Notes under the pieces: generated by a model
What the model was told of the DNA's origin: nothing
Databases searched by the model: none
The model's input: the letters and a program-made list of their open reading frames with translations, nothing else
Assembly (NCBI GenBank): GCA_013265495.1
Contig: MU058423.1
Span: forward strand, 3,425,061 to 3,489,060
DNA from: Vicugna vicugna
Lineage: Eukaryota
Direction of reading: 5' to 3'
DNA: 64,000 nucleotides
Part shown: in pieces, positions 24,991 through 39,352 of the stretch
Numbering within the stretch: the stretch's first letter is position 1
How the letters are laid out: each line of letters starts with the position of its first letter
Translations under genes and position numbers: made by a program

Positions 24991-27230
24991 ACAAAAGATA
25001 CAAAAGCCATTACACACAAAATTGCACGTTACTACCCTGTTTGGAATGCTGCTAAATCATAATCTAAAATAAATTATGGATCTCCAATAGCAATGGTTTA
25101 TCCAGAAAGTATTTATATAGCTTCTATAAACATTAGTTATAGCTCTAGGTGGAAAGGATGCAGTTGTGAACAATCCAAAGTTTCTGTGTTAGGGTTTCAG
25201 ACTAACAGGGGAGATAATACCAGGTGATCACAGTACAGTGTAATAAATGAAAGCAGATTGAGATGGGGGCTTACTGGCCGCTGATGATTTTTGTGATTAT
25301 TTTGTTTATTTGGGAATGTTTCTTTTACTTTCATTTTTTTTCAGATATTTTGTTTTATACAGAATTCTAGGATGACAGGTTTTTTTTTTTTCTTTCAGCA
25401 CTTTAAAGTTACCATTAGTGATGTCTGCTGTGATGCATTGTTTCTGATGAAAAGTCAATGGCTTTTTTTTTCATTTCTCCTTGTATGTAATAACCCTTCC
25501 TTCCTTTGACTCTGACATTGCTCAGCTGTAGAATTTCCGTTAAGCTCACAGCCCTCTAGTAGTTATTTTTGTGAGACTGATGCAGTCATTCAGTTTACTG
25601 TTTGGCCAAAGATGCAAAGAGATACGTATATGGTTTCTAGAATACCCTCCAAAATTTGCTGTATAAATTCCTACCCCCCAACAGCCCTCAGCTCCAGTCT
25701 CTGTTAATTCTATCCACTGGCTCTCTGTCTTAGCTCCTACTTCTCTATGCTACAGTTTGGAGAGTGTCCCCAGAGAGGAACCAGAGTGAATGAGGTGCTC
25801 AGCTCATGTGTTTTCCTTCTCTCAAGTATCTTAACCATGTCCTGTTTGTAGTCCAGTGCTTGAAAAGAGTTGCTTCATATATTGTATCCAGTTTCGTAAC
25901 TGCTTATAGTGGGAAGATAAGTTCTTATTTGGTGTTGGCTGGAACTGAAAATTGTGTTAATCTTTCTTTTGGCAGAATGGAATTTGCTTTTTAAAATTTC
26001 CATTTAGAAAAATGCTATTGAAAAACTATTTCACTTAATTCTACCATTTACTCAGATTTTAAACATCTGCTGGTTTTTTTGATTCAAGCTGCTTAAAAAT
26101 TTAGTAAATCCTGAATTTTGCACAGTAAAAAGTGAATCTTCTCTCTAAATTCACAAATAAAAGGTTATTTTAAGGTTGATTAAAAAGGTATAATAAGTAG
26201 GGAGAAGAGAGCCGGGGGAAAATACCACTAGAAGAGTCAAAATGTGTAAGGTTAAACTTCAGTCAGTTTTATTCATTTATTCATTCATTCAACAAACATT
26301 TATTGAGTGCTCAGTGCTAGAGATATAAAGGTGACTTAGAAATTGTCTTCCCTTTTAAAAGATCATAGGCAGGAATGAGAGAAATACACCCAAGTAAATA
26401 ATTGAAAAGCAATACAGAATAAATTCCATTAGAGGGATATTCTACAAAATATTTGATCAATGCTCCTCTAAAATGTTAGAGGTAGCAAAACCAAGGAAAG
26501 TCTGAGAAACTTTCATAGCCAAGAGGAGCCTAAGGAGACATGATGACTAAATGGAATGTGGTGTCTCAGGTGGAATCCTAAAACAAAAAAAAAAGGGATT
26601 AGTTGAAAACAAAGGAATTAAAGTATGAACTTTAGTTAATAATAATGTATCAACACTGGTTTCCTAATTGTAGCAAATGTACCATAATAGTGTGAGATGT
26701 CACCATTAGGGGAAACTGGATGTGGGGATATATGAGAATTCTTTGTACTATCTTCTCAAAGATTATACAATAAATCTCAATAAATCTTCTCAAAAGACTT
26801 TCTGAAAATCTTTTTTTTAATGAAATTAATAGCTGTGATACAGATTTTTTTATTTTTAAAATTTTGTTTTTTATTGAAGTGTAGTTGATTTACAATGTTA
26901 GTTTCAGGTGTACATCAAAGTGATTCAGTTATACATATATATACATATATATTTCAGATTCTTTTCCATTATGTGTTATTATAAGAAACTGAATATAGTT
27001 TCCTGTGCTATACAGTAGATCCTTGTTGTTTATCTAATTTATCCATAGTAATGTATGTGTGTTAATCTCAGCCCTAAAACTATTCTAAAAAATAAAATCT
27101 ATTAAAGATATGAAAATACAGTAATATTCATGAAGCCCAAAGTAGTGGCTTCTATAATAAATACTTAAGGAGCATTTAATTAATTTTTATAACGGTGCTA
27201 ACTTTGTTATAAATGTTTTTTAAATTTCAG

Positions 27231-27342
27231 CATTGATAGTGATGGAACAATGACAATAGACTGGGATGAATGGAAGTACTACTTTTACCTTCATCCTGCA
27301 ACAAGTATCAGTGAAATTGCTCATTTCTGGAAACGTTCTACT
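27231..27342 (+). CDS. SLC25A54: SCaMC-1-like exon 4 (EF-hand 4)
   Basis: tttcag|C; (S)[37 protein letters not shown]; donor |GTAAGA. Confidence 0.95.
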
Positions 27343-28789
27343 GTAAGATTACTTTCTGTTTTACTTTATTTTAATTTTTCCATAAATGTCATAGCATTTA
27401 TTATGATCATATAATCCCTATAATACTTCCAGCCTCAGTTGCTAAAGTAACAGTAATCTCTCCTAATAGTGCTCTACTCATTTAGCAAGAAGTGTTAGTA
27501 TTACATGTACAAACACAGCTTCCACAATTTGTTTGTTTGCTAAAGCCTAAAACTTAAAATAGATACCAGTCTGCTGACAGGGCCTAGTTTGTGTTGAGAA
27601 TAAATTACTCTGATATAGTTAACTGTCCTAGAAAAGCGGAAAAAGAAAATGCTTCTCTCTTTCCTCAGACATAATATACTCATTTGTCCTTCTATCATAG
27701 GAAATGTAAAGTCGAAGATTGAGAGTAAAAATTTTAGAACTAGAAAGTATCGAATATATAATCTATCTGCTCTTTTTATATAAGCACTTGACCAGGAGTT
27801 GTGAGGAACAAATGAGATTTTGTAATTAAAAGCTTTTTTTTTTTCTTTTTTAGATCTCAGGTGCAGCAGGTTGTCAGTCAGTTTTCATGGCATACTATTA
27901 GCATCCACCCTTGTGACTTTTTGCCTTCTCTTCATATACAGTATAGGGACAGTCTAAGAGCAAGGCTTTGAAGTCAGATTGCCTAGGTTTAAATCCCACA
28001 TCTACCACCCACTAGCTATATAATCCCTCTGTGCCTCAATTTCCTCAATTATATACTGGAGGATGATAATGGTAAGAGTTTCAAAATTAAATTAGTAGTT
28101 AATGTATTTAGAAAAAGACTGAGCAGGTTATGTATATGCTCAAAAATGTTACTTATTGTAACAGTCACTTTTGTATTTTTGACTGTGTTTATATTCTTAG
28201 GAATCATACAATATTGTTTCATGCATGTGTTTTTAGTTTACATACATAGTATTGTCTAAGGGCTACATTTATTTCTTGTTTTATTTACTCTACATTGTGA
28301 CCTTAAGATTTGTTTTTGTTGTTATGCATTCATCTAGTTTATTGCTTCTGAGTACAACATAGTATGCACTTAAAATCCCCCTGGTAATAGATTTATAGGT
28401 TTTCTTCAACTCTTCACCCACAAAAAAATGCCTTCCTCTTGTGTACTTTAAAGAATTTTACCTGAATTTCTGAGTCAAAAGGAGTAATGCATTTGTAAAA
28501 TTTCCTAGGATATCCAGTTTTAATTTTATAAAATATAGCCATGTTATTTCTCAGAATGGCTTGCTATACCAGCTTACACTCCCACCAGCAATGCATAAAT
28601 ATTTCTCTACATATATTACTGCTTGGTATTACCCAGTTTTCTAATATTTGCCATTCTGTTAGGTATAAAGGGTATCTTATTGTTTCAATGTGTATTTCTT
28701 TGATTCCTAATGCATTTCAGACATCTCTTCATAGAAATATTAGGTATTCACATGTTCTTTTCTATGACTTGTCTGCTTATATCCTTGTC

Positions 28790-31265
28790 TATTTTTCCAG
28801 ATTTATTGAGGTATAACTGACATATAACATTGTGTAAGTTAGGGTATAAAATATGATATTTGATACACTTATATACTGTGAAATGATCACCATAGTAGGG
28901 TAAGTTAACACCTTCATCACCTCACATAATTACCATTTCTATTTTTGTGGTGAGAACATTTAAGATTTACTCTCTGAGCAACTTTCAAGTATATAATAGA
29001 GTATTGTTAACTATATTCACCATGCTGCACGTTGGATCTCCAAAATGTATTTATCTTCTAACTGAAAGTTTGTACCCTTTGACCACCATCTCCTAATTTC
29101 CTCCACTTCCCAGCAACCATCATTCTACTCTGTTTCTATAAATTTGGCTTTGTTAGATTCCACATATGTGATATTATGCAGTATTTGTCTTTATCTGTCT
29201 GACTGACTTCACTCAGCATAATGCCCTCAAGGCCATCTATATTGTTGCAAATGGCAGAATTTCCTTCTTTCTCATGGCTGAATAATAATCCATTGTGTAT
29301 ATGTATACACACCAAATGTTCTTTATTCATTTATCCATAGACGGACACTTAGGGTGTTTCCATATCTTGGCTATTATAAATAATGCTGGAACAAACACAG
29401 AGGTGCAGATACCTCTTTAAGATCCTGATTTCATTTCCTTTGGTTAAATAGCAAGAAGTGGAATTGCTGGACCATGTGATAGTTCTGTTTTTAGTAGTTC
29501 ATACTGATTTCCACAGTGGCTGTACTAATTTAAGTTCCTACCAGCGGTGTATAAGGATTCCCTTTTTCTCCACATCTTCACCAGAATTTAGGTAATAGCT
29601 GTTCTAACAAGTGTCAGGTAATATTCCATGGTGATTTTTTTTTGCATTTCCCTGGTAATTAGAGATATGGACTATCTTTTCATATACATGTTGGCCATCT
29701 GTATGTCTTCTTTGGAGAAATATCGATTTAGTTCTTTTGCCCGTTTTTTTCATCAGATTTTTTTTTGTTATTGAATTGTGTGAGTGCCTTACATATTTTG
29801 GATATTAACCCCTTATCAGATATATGATTTGTAGATATTTTACCTCATTCTATTTGTTGCCTTTCATATGGCTGATTGTTTCTTTTGCTGTACAGAAGCT
29901 TTTTAGTTTGATGTAGCCTCACGCACTAATTTTTGCTTTTGTTACTTATGCTTTTGGTGTCATAGCCAAAAGATCATCGCTAAGACCAATGTCGAGGACT
30001 TTCTCCCAGGAGTTTTTAGTTTCAAATCTTACATTTTAATTCTTTAATCCATTTTGAGTTAATTTTTGTGAGTGGTATATGAGTCCAATTTCATTCTGCT
30101 GTGTGTGGTTAACCAGTTTTCCTGTCACCATTTATTTAAAACACTATACTTTCCCTATTGAGTGTTCTTGTCAAATATTAGTTGGTTGTAGGAATGATTT
30201 ATGAATGATTTCTTTCTGGGCTCTTGATTCTGTCACATTGGGTTATGTTGTGTCTACTTTTATGCTAGTACTATGTATTTTGACTGCTATAGCTTTGTAG
30301 TATAGTTTGAGATCCGGGAGTGTGATGCCTCCAGATTTGTACTTCTGTCTCAAGATTGCTTTGGCTGTTTGAGGTCTTTTGTGGTTCCATACACATTTTA
30401 GGATTTTTTCCTATTTCTGTGAAGAATGCCATTGGAATTTTGATATGGATTGCATTGAATCTATAGATGGCTTTGGGTCGTATGGACATTTTAACAGTAT
30501 TAATTATTGTAATCCATGAGCATGGGATATCTTTTCATTTTATGTCTTCAATTTCTTACATCAGTGTCTTACAGTTTTCAATGTATAGATCTTTTACCTC
30601 CTTGGTTAACTTTATTTCTAAGTGTTTTATTGATGCTATTATGAAAGCGATTATTTTCTGTATTTATTTTTCAGATATTTTATTGTTAGTGATTTTTGAA
30701 TGTTGATTTTGTATCCTGCAACTTTACTGATTTCATTGACTAGTTCTAACAGTTTTTTTATGGCATCCTTAGTTTTTTTTAATATATGAAATTATGTCAT
30801 TTGCAAAAGAGCCAGTTTACTTCTTCCTTTCCAATTTGGAAGCCCTTTATTTCTTTTGCTTGCTTAATTGCTGTGGCTAAAACTTTCACTGCTATATTGA
30901 ATAAGAGTGGTAAGAGTGGTCACCATCACCTTGTTCCTGATCTTAAAGGAAAAACTTTCAGCCTTTCACCCTTGAGTATGTTTGATGTTAGCTGTATGCT
31001 TGTCATATATGGCCTTTATTGTGTTGAGGTGCATTCATTCTATACCTCATTTGTTGAAATTTTTTATCATGAAAGGGTATTGAATTTTGTCAGATGCTTT
31101 TTCTGCATCTATTAAGATAATTACATGATTTTTATCCTTGATTCTGTTAATGTAGTGTATTACATTTATTGATTTGCATATGTTGAAACATCCTTGCATC
31201 CCAGTGATAAATCCCATTTAATCATGGTATGTGATCTTTTTAATGTTCTGTTGAATTCTGTTTGC
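28790..31265 (-). mobile_element. L1, about 2.5 kb (3'UTR plus degenerate ORF2)
   Basis: Minus-strand ORF2p pieces ([38 protein letters not shown]), continuous L1-like sequence. Confidence 0.9.
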
Positions 31266-33437
31266 CTTGTAATAAACAATGTGTGTTTGCTTATAATACC
31301 ACCTCTGCAAAACCTCTGCTTCAGGAGAAAGTCAGCTGGTGTTCTAGGGACGCAGGTCTTGGTCATCTCTTCATCTTCTCCAAGAATACATGATTTACTA
31401 GGTTTCTCTTTTGTTAATACATTAAATTAATTAACAGACCACTAATTTAGAATAGTCCTGGCACAAAATAAGGACGTGGCAACTAAAATGTGTTATTATT
31501 ATTTGTCACCATAATACCATTACCTTAATATATTACAGTTGGATGAACAGTTAATTAACTCAACTGTATCTACTTATTTTATAATGCCTTGATCAAGGAG
31601 ATGCTTTCTGAAATTTCCCGGGTGTCTCAAAATTTGAAGTTATAACACTGCCGTAAGCCAGTGAGATAGAGTGTGCTGTTTGCTCTAAATATTCTTTGTC
31701 CTTCTCTTTTTTTGGACCCATCCACATAGGGTTCCTCCCTGGCACCCGTTCTATAGCATAAGTATTCTTTCTACCTCACTGATGTCGTATTTATGGTGTG
31801 GTATACGGTAAATTTCCCATGTCAAACTCTTGGGCATTGGATTGGATTCCTATCATCTACTCATTTACTGTGTCCCTGCTATTGTCCATTCTCTCCTGCA
31901 TCATCAATATATGAGATAGGGAACTTTAGCAACATCACCCCAAAAGACAGTGACTTAACTAAGATAGAAATATGTTTCTTGTTCAGGTAATAGTAAGTCT
32001 CCCTTAAGTTGGTAGGATACCTCTGTTTCATGAAGGTATTGATGAATCCAATGGTTCTTTCCATTCCCCAAGGTGTTATCCTTGTCTGTATAGTTGAAGC
32101 TGGTCATTGCTTCATTTTTAAGGATGTGAAGTGGACGTTGTACATATTAATTCTGCTCCTGACAACCGGCCAAAATCTAGACTCATGTCTACACCAAACC
32201 CCTAAGGAAGTTTGGAAATATTGTTTCTATTTGAGTGGCCAGGCAAAACTCAGAATGTGGCTGTGACTGGGTTGTACTACTACTGAAACAAAGAAAGAGA
32301 ATGGATTCTGTTGAACAACAGTCTCAGTCACACTCAATTTATCCATCTCTGTTGTGTCATTCCCAGTAGTATACAAAAATACTGCAATTTCTCCCCTTAA
32401 AAAATACACCTTTGACCATGCCTCATGCCTCCTCCTCTAGTGATTGCCCGTGTCTCTGCGTTCTTTCATTGCAACTCTTTTCTGAAGAGTTGCCTATTTA
32501 AACTGTCATCACATCCTCCCTCTCTTTTTCTTTTTGCTATTGCACCGAACTTAGTCTTATGTTCTATCATAGTTCAGTGCTATTATCTGAAAGTAAGAGC
32601 TGGTCTGGCAGTAACACATGCCAAGTGGCACAGAAATCAGTGTAGACTTCCTTTTCATTCTGATAAAATTATTTTTTATTGTGACATAAATAGCACATAT
32701 ACAAAAATAAATAACATAATTACAATTAGAAATTATATCATTAGTACTAGTGTACTCACTAACAGGTTCAGAAATAGGCATTCTTCTTTGGAAGTTCTTT
32801 GTGTCCTCCTCAGTCATACCCCTCTACTTTTACCAAGAGTTAACCAATATATGGAATTTTCAGTATTTTTCTAGTTTTTCTTTATAGTTTTAGCACCTGT
32901 GTATGTATGAGGGATATATTTGAGTTTGCCTATTTTTGAAGTCTATAGGCTTTTTAACATTCTGTTTATTGAGATTCAACTATATTGATGTATGTGATTG
33001 TATTTTATCCATTTTCTCTCATATAGTATACCAATGTATGAATATATGTATTTCATTTATCAATTTTACAGTTGTTAAACGTTTGTGTTCTCTAGATTTT
33101 TGCCATTATAAGTAATGATGCTATAAGCTTTCTTATCATGTCTACTGGTGTACATGAATGAGACTTTTTCTAGGAATTTAGGGCATACACCCGGGAATGG
33201 AATTGCTGTTTTGTAGAGTGTTTGTTCACTTTCACTAGGTAACATCAAAGTATTTTACAAAATTTTTTATGGTTTGTTTGTTTCCAGCAGTGATGGATTA
33301 AAATTACCCCTGCTCTATTTCCTTACCAATAGTTGGTATTGTCTCACTAAAGGTTTTGACAATTTTGTGAATATTAAATATCATTGTAATTTTAATTTGA
33401 ATGATTTTGAAAATAATTTGATGGATCCCATCCTATC

Positions 33438-34420
33438 TTTTTTTTTGTAATTGAAGTATAGTCAGTTATAATGTGTCAGTTTGTGGTGTACAGCACAATG
33501 TCCCAGTCATGCATATACATACATACATTCATTTTCATATTCTTTTTCATTAAAAGTTATTATAAGATATTGAATATAGTTCAAGACATTGCATATATAG
33601 TGGCTAACATTTGCAAATCTTAAACTCCCAAATTTATCCCTTCCCACCCCCTTGCCCCTGGTAACCATAAGATTGTTTACTATGTCTGCGAGTCTGTTTC
33701 TGTTTTGTAGATGAGTTCATAAAAGTTTAATCTTCAGAATATATAAATAGCTCATACAACTTAATAACAAAAAACAAACAACCCAATCCAAAAATGGGCA
33801 GAAGACCTAAACAAGCAATTCTCCAGTGAAGACATACAAATGGCCAATTGGCACATGAAAAAATGCTCAGTATTATTGCTAATTATCAGAGAAATGCAAA
33901 TCAACTACAATGAAGAATCACCTCATACCAGTCAGAATGACCATCGTAAAAAGTCCATGCACGATAAATGCTGGAGAGGGTGTGGAGAAAAGGGAACCCT
34001 CCTGCACTATTGGTGGGAATGTAGTTTGGTGCAGCCATTATGGAAAACTATGGAGATTCCTCAAAAAACTGGAAACAGACTTACCATATGATCCAGCAAT
34101 TCTACTCCTGGGCATATATCCAGAGGGAACTCTAATTTGAAAAGATGCATGCACCCCAGTGTTCATAGCAGCATTATATACAGTAGCCAAGACATGGAAG
34201 CGACCTAAATGTCTGTTGACAGATGACTGGATAAAGAAGCTGTGGTTTTTTTTATACAATGGAATATTACTCAGTCATAAAAAAGAATAAAATAATGCCA
34301 TTTGCAGCAACATGGTTGGACCTAGAGATCATCATTCTAAGTGAATAAGCCAGAAAGAGAAAGAAGAATACTATATCATATCACTCATATGCAGAATCTA
34401 AAAACAGAAAAGAAAAGGAC
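33438..34420 (-). mobile_element. L1 with 5' inversion (twin priming)
   Basis: Antisense 3' end at 33438-33720, then sense-oriented ORF2 end/3'UTR at 33721-34420. Imperfect TSD cccatcctatctt / cccattctgcctt. Confidence 0.85.
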
Positions 34421-34684
34421 CCATTCTGCCTTGAAACTTCACAGGCTTTCTTTTCAGTGACTTCTGAAGCTGGTCAAGATCAGCAATGACCTCCATGTTC
34501 CAACTCGAGTAGTCCATTCTCACATCTCAACTTACTTGCTCTCTCAGTTGCATTTGATTTGGATGATCACTCCATCCTTAAAATACCTGTTTTACTTGAC
34601 TTCTAGGACACTGCATTCTGTTGGTTCTTGCTGCCACTCTGTTCTTTCCTTTTCAGTCTCCTTTGTTCTTCCTCTTCTATGTGA

Positions 34685-35151
34685 TGTTATGGGTTGAATT
34701 CTATATCCTTGCAAAAAGATTCTTTGAAGTTCTAACCTCCAGTACCTCAGAATGTGATCTTGTTTGGAAATAGGGTGGTTGCAGATGTAATTAGTTAAGA
34801 TGAGGTCATACTGGAGTATGATGGGCTTCTAATGTAATATGACCAGCGTCTTTGTAAGAAGACAACCATGTGAAGACAGAGACACATAGGGAAGAACACC
34901 ATGTGAAGATGTAGGCAGAGATTGGAGTCATGCAGCTATAAGCCAAGGAACACTAATGACTGCCAGCAGACCAGCAGAAGCTAGGAAGATGTGAGGAAAG
35001 ATTCCTCTACTGGTTTCAGAGGGAACATGGCCCTGCTGACATCTCAATTTTTGACTTTTAGTCTCCAGAACTGTGAGACAATTAAATTTCTGCTGCTTAA
35101 AGCAACCGAGTTTGTAGTACTTTGTTATAACAGCCCTGGCAAATGAATGCA
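34685..35151 (+). mobile_element. MaLR solo LTR (MLT1-type)
   Basis: TGTTATGGGTTGAATT...CAAATGAATGCA termini and MLT1 internal motifs. Confidence 0.85.
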
Positions 35152-36065
35152 CCTGAATTCTAAATACGTTAGCATTCCAGGGCAGTCCTTGGACCTTTTT
35201 GATTCTCTAGCTACACTCTCTCTCTAGGCAATCTCTTGCAGTCCCAGGGTATTGAATACAATTTCTGTGTTGGTGACTTCCAAATTGATATTTCTAACCT
35301 TGACCTCTTTTCCGCTCTAGACTTGTATATCCAGCTGCCTACTGAGTACTCCACTTTGCTATCCAATAGACTATCCAAACTTAACTTGTCCACAACAGAA
35401 TGATTAATTCCAGTAATCCACCCTCTCAATCTATTTTTTAACCCAACTCAGTGATCATACAGGTTAGCAGACCAGAATCCTAGGAATCATCCTTGATCCT
35501 TTCTTTCCCTCATTCCTGACATGTATCAGGAAATCCTACAGCTCTGCTTCAAGGTGTATCCTGAATCTGATCATTTCTCACCACTTCTATGGCTATCCCA
35601 CTTCAAAGCGACTGTCTTTTCTTTATGTAACTGTTACAACAGCTCCCTAAATAGTTTCCGCACTTCCACTCCTGTCCCCTTATAGTCTTTCCACACAGAG
35701 GCCAGGTGATCTTATGAAAATGTAAAAACTCTCTAAAAGCTTTCTATGATATTGAAAACAAAATCTGAAGCCTTAGCTGTAGTTTTCAAAGCCCTACTTA
35801 ATTAGGCTTCCTTCTACTTCTCCAACCTCATCTCGTACCACATTGCTCTGCTAGCTCTTTCTGTGCCTGTGACTATGCCATTTTGCCATTTCTCAAATCT
35901 GCCATGATCATTGAAGCCTCAGAGACTTGCATTTCCTTTTCTCTCTACTTGGAATGTTTTTATCCCAGATTTGCACGTGTCTCTCCCCTTCACTTAAACC
36001 AGCTCCCTGATGAAATGTCCACTTACTCAGAGAGGCCTTCCTGAATGCCCAATCTAAAACACCTG
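35152..36065 (+). mobile_element. L2 fragment
   Basis: L2-like motifs 'tgacttccaaattgatatttctaacc', 'gaatcatccttgat', 'agagaggccttcctga'. Boundaries approximate. Confidence 0.6.
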
Positions 36066-38510
36066 TCTCTGCTGTCGTGGCTGGGGTAAAGGCTAAGCTA
36101 CCGTAGTAAAGAGACTCCCCACTCCCAACACAGTGGCTTAGCCAGAACAGAAGTTTGTTTCTCTCTCTTACTTTGGATTGTTGTGAAATCTTTAACACAT
36201 GGTTTTCAGAGCTGCTTTAGCTTTCTCGTTTCTCAGGTATGCATCTTACCTACCCCTAAGATTTCCTTTTCCCCATCTTGTAACAAATAGACGTCTCCAA
36301 TTTTAAAATTAAAATCTCTCCCTGTACTTTGAATCCCTTTTCTCTCCTTCTCAGAGGCTTTATTCTCTGCATTATCCCTGTTATTTCTTGTATTTAAAAG
36401 TCACATGTTTAACATATTTAACTCAGTACCACTTTAAAAATACAGTCCTATTGATGTCCCCTCTAGCTGCCTTACCTTTTTTTCTCGCTTCACAGCTGCA
36501 TTTACTATTAACTTCCCGACCAACTGCAATCTGGTTTTGCTTTCTCCGCTTGATGAAAATTCTTTCACCAAGCCAGTCTTTCCATTGTTAAGTTCAATGG
36601 ATATTTTTCTAGATCTTCCCACTCTTTTTCTTTTTCAAATGTTCTCTCCAGCCAGCTTTCTTTGCACTGGATTCTCTTGATTTTCTTTCCACTGCTCTGT
36701 CATTACTTTCCTGTCTCCCTTGAGGATCCTTTTCCTCAGTCTGTGTCTTACATCTTAATTTTCTTCTATGTTCTGTCCTCAGCTTTCTTTGTCTTTCACT
36801 CTATGTATATATTTTTCTAGGCCATCCAACTTATTTTCCCAGATTGAATTACCAAGTATAGGCCAATTAATTGCTTCAAATCTTGTCTTTACCCCTTCTG
36901 CATACACAGGCACCTGTTGGACATCGATTTGGACACCTCAGACACATCATCTGTCCCCCAGAGCTTTCTTTTCCTGTTTCTCTGAATAGCGCCACCACCT
37001 TCCTGGTTGACCAAGCCAGCAACCTCAACATTATTCTGAGATCTTGAGCTTTCCTTTATCCTTCTTCCACCCCTGCATACAGTCTTGCAGTTCTTAGAGT
37101 ATGTAATATCTTCAAACAGACTTATTTTCTTTGACTAAAACATTCCTTTGGTTAAATTCCTACTTCTTTAGACACGTAGTAGAGTATGATGGACAGGAAG
37201 GTGGCCTCTGAAGTCAGAATGCCTGGATTTATATTGCCTCTTTACTACTTCTAAGACACTTCACCTGGATAGTGTTCCCTGACGGTCCCACTCAGGCTCC
37301 ATTCCCCAGCAGAAGTACCCAACCTGTGCCCACTGTCCTGGCAACGTTGTACTAAGTTCTTAAGACACTTCTTTGTGCTTTGTTATTGTAGTTATTACTC
37401 TGTATTATAATTACTTGTTTCCTTTCCAGTCTGTCTTATTACACTGTGAGCTCCTAGAGAGCAGAAACTAATTCTGTACCATTGCATTACTGATAGCCCA
37501 GGTCCTTGCACCTTAATTCATTAACTCAGCAAACACTTACTGAGCACTATTTCCACTGACCAAGGTGCTAGTCTTACCAGTGCACAAGAGAGACCCGTTT
37601 GCTGCTCTTATTAGCCTTACCTTCCAGGGGAGAAAGCAAGCAATAGAGTGAAATGAACTAATTAAGATTGTGCTAAGTATTAGGGAGGAAACCATGAAAA
37701 GAGCCAACGAGAAATGTTCTAGTCAGGGGGAAAAAATCAAGAACCAAGGTCCAGAGGTGGGATGGTGCTTGGAAAGGGGGACACTCAGTGAATGAATAAA
37801 TGAAGGTGGGAAAAGTAAGAAGCAGAGAAGTGGCTTGTCCACCATGATTGACAAGTAATGGAACCTAGATCCTCTAAGTCCAATTTGGCATTCTTTCTAT
37901 TGAGCCACGCTACCTCAACATTTAGCAAAAATGGATAGTTTTAGCAAAATCATGTATGATTACTGAAAATAAACTGAAATGCAAAACTTGTTAGAGTTCA
38001 GATTTTTAAAAAGAAAATTGGCATATGAAGAAAGAGGCAATGTAAATAATAGAGAGAAATTAATCAAAGCATATAATATGCTATTCTTGAATTCTCACTC
38101 AGGTTAAGGACTTGTGCAGGGGAGTTTGAGAGGATTTGAAACAAAATGGGGAAAATTTATTAAGATTTATTCCTTATCTATTGTGTGGCAGACACTATGG
38201 TGTGTGACTAAGACATCATCCCCACACTGAGTGTTTACCTTTTTCATGAAGTGATTAAGCTAAATAGTTTGAGAATTTGAAATTAAAAACTCCAATTTTA
38301 TGGGAATTGATTTTACATTAAATCTATATGTGAATGTGCTGTTAGAAATCATTTGGTCTAGTGCAAGTGCTAAGAAAATTGTCAATCTTCATTAGTAGAA
38401 GGTGAGATACAAAAAATAATCTTCGGGTTTTTGGTCTGTGAACAAAGTTATCTTTTAAATTTATCATGTATTTACACTTTATTGTCTTAATCTTTTTTAC
38501 ATTTTATCAG

Positions 38511-38669
38511 ATAGTTGACATAGGGGAGAGTATAGCTATTCCAGATGATTTTACTGAACAAGAAATGCGTTCTGGAGATTGGTGGAAGCGTCTGGTGGCA
38601 GGAGGGATAGCTGGCGGAGTTGCAAGGACATGCACAGCACCTTTCGACCGCTTGAAAGTCATGATGCAG
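38511..38669 (+). CDS. SLC25A54: SCaMC-1-like exon 5 (linker and carrier helix 1)
   Basis: tatcag|[56 protein letters not shown]; donor CAG|GTACTT. Confidence 0.97.
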
Positions 38670-39352
38670 GTACTTTGCACACTTCAGCCCTTAAGCATGA
38701 AACTAACTTGAAAAATACTTGATAATTTTCAGAAGAAGTGTTTTGGCACATTTCATATTATTTCTCATTGAAGTTTAAAATTTTTCTGAAAACATGAATC
38801 TTCTTATTTTCAATATTGAAATATTTCTTAATTTTCTTAAAGATTCTTGTATGCTTTTAAAACTAATTTTATTTCGAATAATAATAGAACCACTCTATTA
38901 GAAGTTTTTTCAGAACTATAATTAAACCTGCTAACAAAGTAGTAAGATACCATTAATCTAATTTATTAGTTATCTCTAGCTCCCAATGCCAACATAATAG
39001 CACGGTTCTACTCTACTACCTAAGTACTAAGAATATTTCTAAAAATTGGAAAATAAGTTCCTTGGAGTGTATTACTGACTAATACCTCATTAGATGTAAT
39101 GCTATCTAATTACCTTTGTTTTACTGACTAATGGATTGTCAACAGTAGTTATAAAATACTGCATGGCTTAATCTGTTAAGTATCATAGTTAAAATTTAAT
39201 TTTTGCTGAATACTTTCTTTGTGATGATATAAAAATTAGTCATTCACAATGAAGTGAATTTAAGTTTGTAATTAAATTTTCATACCTTGGTGTTTTATTG
39301 TCTTTTTTTTTTTTGTAACATTGGTGATATTTGGTAATGGATAATGGATAGT

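Noticed and set aside
37252..37371. 11-bp direct repeat taagacacttc flanking 98 bp, resembling a TSD
   Set aside because: No poly(A) tail or terminal repeats; the inner sequence looks continuous with an adjacent L2 fragment, so probably chance.
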